From Nemertoderma westbladi (Eukaryota; Animalia; Xenacoelomorpha), in contig JAUCBJ010005263.1 of the NCBI GenBank assembly GCA_032718475.1, positions 1 to 36,144 of the forward strand: DNA of 36,144 nt, written 5' to 3'. The notes beneath the pieces were generated by a model, which was not told the DNA's origin, searched no databases, and worked only from the letters and a program-made list of their open reading frames with translations. A program made the translations under genes and the position numbers. Positions 24,645-33,885 of the stretch are shown in pieces. Numbering within the stretch: position 1 is the stretch's first letter; every line of letters begins with the position of its first letter.

Positions 24645-27600
24645 ATGACAATGAAAAATAAAGAGGCGGGAGGTGAACCCTATCAACGTCCTTGTCATAA
24701 TTTACTTAAAAAGAGAAAGCGTCGAATAAAAATTGCAAATGTTCTTGCTGTTGAAACTATTATGGATAAGATGTTGTGGGCGATTGATACAAACAACGTT
24801 TTAAGAGTTGATGAAATCAATGACATTAACACATACTCTAAACCATTAATTCGACGACGTGGTTTTCGTCATTATTGTTTAAATAGGAAATGCCGTTTCT
24901 GTGCCAAATTTATCGGTAGCGAAGAATTTTGGTGCTCATCGCATAAACTTAAGCTTGGCCAATTTCCGCGGGATCTCCGAAATCCCAAATTAATTACTGT
25001 TATCGGTAGTGGAAATCTCAAACACGGAAAACCAAGTACAGCTAATAATGGTACAGATAATGGTAGCAGTAACAGTGTTGATATAGATAATGGTTCAACA
25101 CGCACCATTGATAACAATTTCAGAGTTCTTGATATGGTCTTAGGTGATGGAAGGATGCGTAAATCGCATTTACGTATTAAGAAAAATAAATGTTTTGTCT
25201 GCAAACAATTTGTTTCGAAGAAGGCATCACACTGTATGAAACACAGACTCTTAAACGCAACCAGAGCGCGTCATATATCAACGTTTAACCAGAACGTTTT
25301 ACCAGACCGGTTAACGGGGGAGAAGTCCGTTCTCAGAAGTGGCAATATTAATGGAGTTGATAATAACATAACGAATGTGTCTTTGAAGCAAGAGCAGGGT
25401 CACATGGATCCTTATTCAATGAGTGTCCATCAAGATTCTAACTTAACTCTAAAAAATATTTCAAGCGAGTCAGTTGGCAGAGTTGGTAATATTCATGGAG
25501 TTGATAACAACATAACGAATGTGTCTTTGAAGCAAGAGCAGGGTCAAATGGATCCTTATTCTATGAGTGTCCATCAAGGTTTTAACTTAACTTTACCAAA
25601 TATTTCAAGCGAGTCAGTTGTCAGAGTTGGTAATATTCATGGAGTTGATAATAACATAACGAATATGTCTTTGAAGCAAGAGCAGGGTCACATGGATCCT
25701 TATTCAATGAGTGTCCATCAAGATTCTAACTTAACTCTACCAAATATTTCAAGCGAGTCAGTTGTCAGAGTTGGTAATATTCATGGAGTTTATAACAACA
25801 TAACGAATATGTCTTTGAAGCAAGAGCAGGGTCACATGGATCCTTATTCAATGAGTGTCCATCAAGATTCTAAGTTAACTCTACCAAATATTTCAAGCGA
25901 GTCAGTTGTCAGAGTTGGTAATATTCATGGAGTTGATAACAACATAACGAATATGTCTTTGAAGCAAGAGCAGGGTCACATGGATCCTTATTCAATGAGT
26001 GTCCATCAAGGTTTTAACTTAACTTTACCAAATATTTCAAGCGAGTCAGTTGTCAGAGTTGGTAATATTCATGGAGTTGATAACAACATAACGAATATGT
26101 CTTTGAAGCAAGAGCAGGGTCACATGGATCCTTATTCTATGAGTGTCCATCAAGATTCTAACTTAACTCTACCAAATAATTCAAGCGAGTCAGTTGTCAG
26201 AGTTGGTAATATTCATGGAGTTGATAACAACATAACGAATATGTCTTTGAAGCAAGAGCAGGGTCACATGGATCCTTATTCAATGAGTGTCCATCAAGAT
26301 TCTAACTTAACTCTACCAAATATTTCAAGCGAGTCAGTTGTCAGAGTTGGTAATATTCATGGAGTTGATAACAACATAACGAATATGTCTTTGAAGCAAG
26401 AGCATGGTCACATGGATCCTTATTCAATGAGTGTCCATCAAGGTTTTAACTTAACCTTACCAAATATTTCAAGCGAGTCAGTTGTCAGAGTTGGTAATAT
26501 TCATGGAGTTGATAACAACGTAACGAATGTGTCTTTGAAGCAAGAGCAGGGTCACATGGATCCTTATTCAATGAGTGTCCATCAAGGTTTTAACTTAACC
26601 TTACCAAATATTTCAAGCGAGTCAGTTGTCAGAGTTGGTAATATTCATGGAGTTGATAATAACATAACGAATGTGTCTTTGAAGCAAGAGCAGGGTCACA
26701 TGGCTCCTTATTCTATGAGTGTCCATCAAGATTCTAACTTAACTCTAACAAATATTTCAAGCGAGTCAGTTGGCAGAGTTGGTAATATTCATGGAGTTGA
26801 TAATAACATAACGAATATGTCTTTGAAGCAAGAGCAGGGTCACATGGATCCTTATTCTATGAGTGTCCATCAAGATTCTAACTTAACTCTACCAAATATT
26901 TCAAGCGAGTCAGTTGTCAGAGTTGGTAATATTCATGGAGTTGATAACAACATAACGAATGTGTCTTTGAAGCAAGAGCAGGGTCACATGGATCCTTATT
27001 CAATGAGTGTCCATCAAGGTTTTAACTTAACTTTACCAAATATTTCAAGCGAGTCAGTTGTCAGAGTTGGTAATATTCATGGAGTTGATAACAACATAAC
27101 GAATATGTCTTTGAAGCAAGAGCCTGGTCACATGGATCCTTATTCTATGAGTGTCCATCAAGATTCTAACTTAACTCTACCAAATAATTCAAGCGAGTCA
27201 GTTGTCAGAGTTGGTAATATTCATGGAGTTGATAATAACATAACGAATATGTCTTTGAAGCAAGAGCAGGGTCACATGGATCCTTATTCAATGAGTGTCC
27301 ATCAAGATTCTAACTTAACTCTACCAAATATTTCAAGCGAGTTAGTTGTCAGAGTTGGTAATATTCATGGAGTTGATAACAACATAACGAATATGTCTTT
27401 GAAGCAAGAGCAGGGTCACATGGATCCTTATCCTATGAGTGTCCATCAAGATTCTAACTTAACTCTACCAAATATTTCAAGCGAGTCAGTTGTCAGAGTT
27501 GGTAATATTCATGGAGTTGATAACAACATAACGAATATGTCTTTGAAGCAAGAGCAGGGTCACATGGATCCTTATTCTATGAGTGTCCATCAAGGTTCTA

Positions 27601-27911
27601 ACTTAACTCTAACAAATAATTCAAGCGAGTCAGTTGTCAGAGTTGGTAATATTCATGGAGTTGATAATAACATAACGAATATGTCTTTGAAGCAAGAGCA
27701 GGGTCACATGGATCCTTATTCAATGAGTGTCCATCAAGATTCTAACTTAACTCTACCAAATATTTCAAGCGAGTCAGTTGTCAGAGTTGGTAATATTCAT
27801 GGAGTTGATCTTGATAATGATAATAACATTACGAATGTGACAGTAAAGAGAGAGCTGAGCGACATGAATCCATTCCATTCCATGAATGTGATAACCAAGT
27901 TTGTAACGTAA
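24645..27911 (+). CDS. Orphan 1088-aa putative nuclear protein: NLS, two CxxC-x10-CxxH zinc-finger-like motifs, 17 x 48-aa repeats
   Basis: Uninterrupted 3.27-kb ORF with a non-repetitive ~225-aa N-terminus. Contains KKRKRR, CRFCAKFIGSEEFWCSSH and CFVCKQFVSKKASHCMKH. No recognisable family. Confidence 0.6.
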   Translation: MTMKNKEAGGEPYQRPCHNLLKKRKRRIKIANVLAVETIMDKMLWAIDTNNVLRVDEINDINTYSKPLIRRRGFRHYCLNRKCRFCAKFIGSEEFWCSSHKLKLGQFPRDLRNPKLITVIGSGNLKHGKPSTANNGTDNGSSNSVDIDNGSTRTIDNNFRVLDMVLGDGRMRKSHLRIKKNKCFVCKQFVSKKASHCMKHRLLNATRARHISTFNQNVLPDRLTGEKSVLRSGNINGVDNNITNVSLKQEQGHMDPYSMSVHQDSNLTLKNISSESVGRVGNIHGVDNNITNVSLKQEQGQMDPYSMSVHQGFNLTLPNISSESVVRVGNIHGVDNNITNMSLKQEQGHMDPYSMSVHQDSNLTLPNISSESVVRVGNIHGVYNNITNMSLKQEQGHMDPYSMSVHQDSKLTLPNISSESVVRVGNIHGVDNNITNMSLKQEQGHMDPYSMSVHQGFNLTLPNISSESVVRVGNIHGVDNNITNMSLKQEQGHMDPYSMSVHQDSNLTLPNNSSESVVRVGNIHGVDNNITNMSLKQEQGHMDPYSMSVHQDSNLTLPNISSESVVRVGNIHGVDNNITNMSLKQEHGHMDPYSMSVHQGFNLTLPNISSESVVRVGNIHGVDNNVTNVSLKQEQGHMDPYSMSVHQGFNLTLPNISSESVVRVGNIHGVDNNITNVSLKQEQGHMAPYSMSVHQDSNLTLTNISSESVGRVGNIHGVDNNITNMSLKQEQGHMDPYSMSVHQDSNLTLPNISSESVVRVGNIHGVDNNITNVSLKQEQGHMDPYSMSVHQGFNLTLPNISSESVVRVGNIHGVDNNITNMSLKQEPGHMDPYSMSVHQDSNLTLPNNSSESVVRVGNIHGVDNNITNMSLKQEQGHMDPYSMSVHQDSNLTLPNISSELVVRVGNIHGVDNNITNMSLKQEQGHMDPYPMSVHQDSNLTLPNISSESVVRVGNIHGVDNNITNMSLKQEQGHMDPYSMSVHQGSNLTLTNNSSESVVRVGNIHGVDNNITNMSLKQEQGHMDPYSMSVHQDSNLTLPNISSESVVRVGNIHGVDLDNDNNITNVTVKRELSDMNPFHSMNVITKFVT
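25325..27810 (+). repeat. 144-bp tandem repeat, about 17 copies, in frame
   Basis: CACATGGATCC-like anchor recurs every 144 bp from 25401 to 27705. Confidence 0.95.
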
Positions 27912-29199
27912 CTCAATCAATGCCTACGGCTACAATAATTATGCGAGTAAAAGAAGAGAGTTAGTGGCGGCCACATGATCACAGCGGATGTAACAAGAGC
28001 TCGAAAGGTTGCTTGGTTCAAAAGACATTTCACAGACGCATGATGAGAAGATTTATGTCCGGCCAACTTCTTTTAGGATGTGAACAATAACCTATCTCTC
28101 TACTAACTTAAATGTTCCAAAAACTACTAGTTCTTCATGAATTGTTATTAATATTTACTTTCCCATTTTGATTGTAGTTTCAAGTGTATTCGTATTCTAC
28201 AGTACTAGAGTGTGGGGCGAGCCACGCAGTTAGGTGAGCCTTTATGTCGTGGTATAATTAGTGGGCCATTTGTCGTCGTTGGAAAAGTTTGAACCTAATA
28301 AGCTATAAATTATAGATGAAACGGAACAAAACTTGGCACAAATGTAGTCTATCAAATGTTTAGAAATTGTAAAGACTGACTTATATAGTTCCTCTGCCGG
28401 CCGCTAGGGGTAATATTATAAGAACCCTAGAAGAGGCTATAATAATAGTACTGTATAATTTCATATTAATCTGAAATTTGGTAGGAGTGACCTAGTCCAT
28501 TAATTTTAATGCTACGCAAAGGCTCATCTAGATTTATGCTGTTCGAACGTGTACTGTACTTATGCAGACTACTGTATAATACTGTTTATTGTTAATTTTC
28601 GCATATTGCTACGGAAACTAGCTAAAATTATAATCGTATAATTTTAAAAAAATGTTCTATAATTGTTGTATTATACCATTTTTTCCTAAAATTATACTCT
28701 TTTCTTAGAAATTGCTCTGATACGGGATTCTAGAAAATATATGTTGCAGTATATTCATATAATTTTATGTATTATCCTATGGTACAGCAATATACCAAAC
28801 TTGCTACGGTTTCTTTCAATAATGTACTGTAACTATATATTTCACATTAAGCAAAATGACCATCCCAATAAGATTCACAGATTGGCACTTTAAATTCTAA
28901 TCCAGTATTCGTAAGAATTATAACTCTTATTACAATCTGACCTCACCAAAAGCCGCGCGAGCATCATTAAATTAGATAGAAACGGCATAAAAAACGGAAG
29001 ATCGTTTCGTTGTTTGCGATCTTATTAATTTAATTAAATTTTACTGGGGGGGGGGGGGGGGGGGGGGGAATAATCATTATTATGAATATCCATAGTAAAG
29101 TTGGCTTATCTTTATTAATTTATCAGTGAAAAGAGTCTAGAAAATAATATAACGTGATTTCTGCAACAATTTATTAAATAGATAATTAAAAAAATCTAC

Positions 29200-29425
29200 A
29201 GTAGTTGCACAAATTCGGTCGTCCTTACGACTCATTTCCAGTATAGACCCCACAGAACTATACTCCTTACAGGCAAAGAGATAACTGGTACTCATTTAAC
29301 GACCATTTAATTAACAAAGCATATATGCGCCCTGGTTTGGTTAGTCCCTTTAAAGCATTTGTGCCAAAACGAAAACTATCCTGGCCCGCCTGCAGGGGTA
29401 GAACCCCACGACCTCTGGAGCGATA
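29200..29425 (-). mobile_element. Possible tRNA-derived SINE fragment
   Basis: Minus strand GAGGTCGTGGGGTTCTACCCCTGCAGGCGGGCCA (T-arm-like) followed by AAATGAGTACCAG, a motif seen in invertebrate SINE cores. Confidence 0.4.
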
Positions 29426-29541
29426 TTAATTCAAGGAAATGGATTTAAATGCTACGCAAGGCTTGAAAAAATTGAATATATGCGTGTTTGTATTAGAACA
29501 CGATCCTTAAAAATACAAAGTATGCTGTCATGTTGTTCGTT

Positions 29542-29807
29542 CAATATGCTCTAATTAACAATAAACATACAATATTGCAATGTTCTAGAGTTAATATACA
29601 TACAATATTGACTTTGACTTTATATTATCCTTCAGCAAATTAACCTAATATAATAACCTCGGCCTGCGGCCTCGGTAATTATACAGGTTAATTTGCTTCT
29701 GGAACGGCATCAGTGATTATTCAGTTTCATTCGCTTCAGGTTATTATTTCCGTATATTAACTCTAGAACATTGCAATATTGTGTTTATTGTTAATTTGAG
29801 CATATTG
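29542..29807. repeat. Internal copy of the Crypton hairpin with an intact end-to-end junction
   Basis: Arms 29542-29599 / 29752-29807. 29625-29788 is a 164-bp direct repeat of 32133-32296 with 4 mismatches. Confidence 0.9.
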
Positions 29808-29992
29808 GAAGTACTACTAGCGTAGTGTATGCGTTTAAAGCCAATTTTTAGGATGAGTTCCAATACAACATGGTTATTTTATTTATTATTTCACAGTTAA
29901 ATAGTATGTTAAGCATATTATACTGTATCATTTTATAGTATTTTTAATGTTATTACGAAGAAAAACGCCTAATGAAATTACACCGATACAAG

Positions 29993-31724
29993 CTATATTT
30001 TGTAATAATTTATATTGACATTTGAGTTATTTATAATAGGTGGAGGAAATGTAGACGGGTAATTATAATTCCTCATCAAACCAAAGTTTATCCCTGAGCC
30101 TCCAACACCTGGGTATCCTGGACTTCCAACACCCTGTACACCTATACCAACACCTGTGAAGGCTGACCCTCCTACACCACGAAATCTTTGACTTCCAACA
30201 CCTGGGTATCCTGGACCTCCAACACCCTGTACACATAGACCAACATCTGTGAAGGCTGACCCTCCTACACCACGAAATCTTTGACTTCCAACACCTGGGT
30301 ATCCTGGACCTCCAACACCCTGTACACATAGACCAACACCTGTGAAGGCTGACCCTCCTACACCACGAAATCTTTGACTTCCAACACCTGGGTATCCTGG
30401 ACCTCCAACACCCTGTACACATAGACCAACACCTGTGAAGGCTGACCCTCCTACACCACGAAATCTTTGACTTCCAACACCTGGGTATCCTGGACCTCCA
30501 ACACCCTGTACACCTAGACCAACACCTGTGAAGGCTGACCCTCCTACACCACGGAATCCTTGTCTTCCAACACCTTGTATACCAGGATCTCCAGCACCAG
30601 TGAACGCCCTGAAACCTGGATTGAGAAATTGTCCTCCACCTAAATGTCCAACACTCTCTACTTCTTCAAGAGCCGCGATAAGCAATTCATCATCATCATT
30701 GGCAATGACATGGATATCCATTTCAGGAGCAAAGTTGTCGATATTGTCTATTCTACGTTTTTTTGAGAAGACAGATGACAAGCTGTCAAACATTTCTTTC
30801 TTTTTAATTTCAGAGCATGCAGTGCATGCAGTGGTTGGTGTATTTTTGACTAAGCTCTAAGTTAACACAGAGATTGGTCATAAATCCAGCTAATGTGTTG
30901 CGTCCAACAATCCTTCCTTCATACCACATTTTGTCTCTCACTTGTGGTTTCTGGCGTGGCTTCTGCCACAAACAAGCACTTTGAGAACTTAGCTTTGATA
31001 CATACAACTCATATGAGTGCAGCGGGCATTGATCGTCGTCAGGGTTTTCATAAAGCCGCCCTTCGTTTGCAATAGCCGTGTCATTGCGGACATGATTCTT
31101 ATCAAGCTCATCCATTCCTTGTTCTAAATAGCGTAATCCAGTGGAATGGTCTACTTGAATAGCAAAAGTGCTTTTAGTCATTCCATAGAGATTTTCTCTT
31201 CCCCTGCGACAAAAGAAATATAGTATATAGAACAATACACTTTGCTGAAGCTTCTTAGGTTCACAAAGAGTTTTATCTATTGTGAAGTATTCCTTTATCT
31301 TTATAAGATCTTCTTCAATGATTTGCCTCTTATTCATTATAACGGCCTTTCCTTGCTTTTTTGTTTCTACACTCATCGCCGTAAACATCAGGTTAGCTTG
31401 ACTAAACTCACTATCGCTAACTATATCAATATTGCGCTCGATTTTGAAATGTCTATTTAAAGATGCACGGATGGCTTTCAGTGAGGTGAGTTTGTAAAAA
31501 GAATTATCTTCCTTTCGAATATTTGAATAAAATTCAAAGAGCAAACTAGGTAGATCGTCATTGCTCAATGATGAAAGATCTCCTTTACCAGTTTCTTTCA
31601 GATACGATTGTAGTATCGCTATATGAGAACTCGTAGCAAGTTTGGTATTTTTGCTAATTCTATTATCTATTAAATAATTCTGTCTTTCAACAGAAACACT
31701 TTGGAATCTGTTTGTATAAGACAT
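29993..31724 (-). pseudogene. Crypton tyrosine recombinase (DUF3504/KCTD1-ZMYM-related) gene with a deleted catalytic C-terminus, split into ORFs 30810-31724 and 29993-30793
   Basis: Motifs YKLTSLKAIRASLNRH, FFCRRGRENL, DELDKNH, CPLHSYELYVSKL, LWQKP, WY..RIVGRNTLAGFM and YTNHC, then a stop. The downstream frame carries SEIKKKEMFDSLS and the C-terminal INNSNVNINY motif typical of Crypton YRs. Confidence 0.85.
30100..30600 (-). repeat. 93-bp coding tandem repeat (~5 copies; 31-aa Gly-rich GVGGSAFTGVGLCVQGVGGPGYPGVGSQRFR)
   Basis: TGTGAAGGCTGACCCTCC recurs at 30155, 30248, 30341, 30434 and 30527. Confidence 0.92.
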
Positions 31725-32053
31725 TTATATTTGTCTTTGTATTATTATTATACTATAGCTCATGCCACTACATTAATTTGTATTAAATATAATGTAATGT
31801 ATATTTTCTAGAATCCCGTATCAGAGCAATTTATAAGAAAAGAGTATAATTTTAACATTTATAGAACATTTTTTTAAAATTATACGATTTTTTTAAAATT
31901 ATACGATTATAATTTTAGCTAGTTTCCGTAGCAATATGCGAAAATTAACAATAAAAACACAATATTGCAATGTTCTGGAGTTAATAAACGGAAATTATTT
32001 CCGTTTATTGTTAATTTTCGCATATTGCTACGGAAACTAGCTAAAATTATAAT

Positions 32054-32291
32054 CACAATATTGCAATGTTCTGGAGTTAATATACGGAAATAATAACCTT
32101 CAGCGAATAAAACTGTAATAATCACTTCTGCCTTATCCTTCAGCAAATTAACCTAATATAATAACCTCGGCCTACGGCCTCGGTAATTATACAGGTTAAT
32201 TTTCTTCTGGAACGGCATCAGTGATTATTCAGTTTTATTCGCTTCAGGTTATTATTTCCGTATATTAACTCCAGAACATTGCAATATTGTG
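32054..32291. repeat. Terminal hairpin of the Crypton (46-bp perfect outer arms, imperfect inner stem)
   Basis: 32054-32099 is the exact reverse complement of 32246-32291. Apex motif at 32165-32183. Confidence 0.92.
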
Positions 32292-33416
32292 TTTATATTG
32301 GATCACAATATTCACTGATTAAACTGTTGAAAAACGAAAACCGTGGTTACCTGCGACATTACATAATAATAAACGTTTACCTGCGACATTACATAATAAT
32401 CTCAAGACTCACATTTTCCGATACATTTATCAGGGTATCGGTTGCGTTTATCACAAATGCGAATCCGACAAGCCAATTAATTTTAATGAAATTCTAGGCA
32501 CAAAATGCTGTAATCATGAGTTTTCGTTTAATAGCAGGAACATCAAGAGTGAACATCATGGGAAATTGTATTCCCGCCAGGTTGTTAATTCCGAATGTCT
32601 ATACTTGACCCCCCCCCCCCCCCCCCCCCCTCTCTAGGCTGTTAGAGATTTACTTAATTAATAGTAAATCAATAATATTATTGATATATTGGCCTAGATT
32701 TTAATTAGTTTACTACGAATTTGCGTATTCCAGCTGTCAAACCGCCAACTATCACACCTGTCACACCCACTATACTCAAATCTAAACTCTACTGCGACGT
32801 CTTATTCACCGTTCAACGCAACCTAAGTGGAGGTGGTGTTCGTTTTTACTCCGCTACAATGAAATAATGTGCATTATATATCAACCATGGACCATCACGG
32901 TTACACATTTTTCCTGCAGTAGTCCTAATAGGTTTTTTATACTTTTAATAATTATTGCTCCAATACGGGATTAAATAGCCGTTAAAAATCAAATTTGCCC
33001 GAATATCAATAAATTAGGCAGCTAATCGCAAAAGCTTAAACTACAAACAAAGCGCAGCTCTTCAGTGACGTCACATGGGCGGCCAATGGTGAGGGGGGAT
33101 AATGTGTAAATATTACACCCAACCCAACCTATGCATATTTTATTTTGTAAATTTAAATAAATTTATTTTATTCTTCCGAAGAGAAACCAGTATTAAGTAT
33201 TTTGTCATGCATAACGTACAAATGAAAATGAAACTAAAGTGTTAAGATTAACACCCTTGATAGAGAAATAGCCTCTTACTTAATTTCTTTCATATCCAAT
33301 CACTTTATAGTTCTGTCAATCTAGGCAAAAATGTGAGTTTTTTTATTCTATATTATCTTGATAAAATACCCCGAAAAAGTATATAATAACTATAAATAAT
33401 TCATTGTGTGAATAAC

Positions 33417-33885
33417 AGATATGGGGGCGGGGCAAACTGGACGCAATGTAGTTGAAGCTGAAGTGTTCAATTGTGCTTAGTTTATTGTTTTGGTTAACAT
33501 AACGTGCCACTGTCGTACTCGTAACCTGCTCCTTTCCTAAATTGAGAATTTAACATTGAGGCGGGATTTGCGTCCAGTCCCCACCCCCCCCCCCCCCCCC
33601 CCCCTCCTATGTCTCGAAAAGAAACACGTTTCAACGTTTTAGGGTTATAAAGATGAGGTTATAAACATACGTCAACAAGTTAAACATAGCAACATGGTGA
33701 AGTGCATATTAGTGGAATATAGACTTAACTAGGCCCCTATATTTTGACTATTGATTGACGGAACTCTTAATACTTTTTATTATCATTTTTTTTTATTATT
33801 CTACGAACTAAAGCTAAAAAAATGTTCAAAATTGTTGTTCAAAATTCATTCCTCATCTTTTGCATCCAGTTTCCCCCTGTCTCGT
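33417..33885. mobile_element. Small MITE-like element with AAACTGGACGCAA / TTGC(G/A)TCCAGT inverted ends
   Basis: 33434-33446 is inverted at ~33568-33578 and again at 33860-33877; G/C-rich flanks. Confidence 0.4.

Larger units (their letters stand above)
28583..32296 (-). mobile_element. Crypton-type tyrosine-recombinase DNA transposon, ~3.7 kb, defective
   Basis: 7-bp terminal direct repeat TGTTTAT (28583-28589 and 32290-32296). YR/DUF3504-like gene inside. Terminal hairpin 32054-32291. Left end 28583-28741 is complementary to ~31800-31958. Confidence 0.8.

Noticed and set aside
24645-27911. Secreted mucin-like glycoprotein (four N-x-S/T sequons per repeat)
   Set aside because: No signal peptide or TM segment; the basic NLS-like N-terminus and zinc-finger motifs point to the nucleus.
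30063-30422. Cys/Trp-rich ORF MCTGCWRSR...
   Set aside because: Alternate frame of the 93-bp repeat; the Gly-rich frame carries the Crypton terminal motif.
29993-30793. Independent Gly-rich structural protein gene
   Set aside because: Its upstream frame and C-terminal motif identify it as the detached tail of the YR gene.
28583-32296. DIRS retrotransposon or prophage integrase
   Set aside because: No RT/RNase H, gag or phage genes; the YR motifs are Crypton/DUF3504 type.
33066-33087. CRE + GC-box + CCAAT cluster as a promoter
   Set aside because: No associated gene or transcript evidence in the window; such short motifs can occur by chance.
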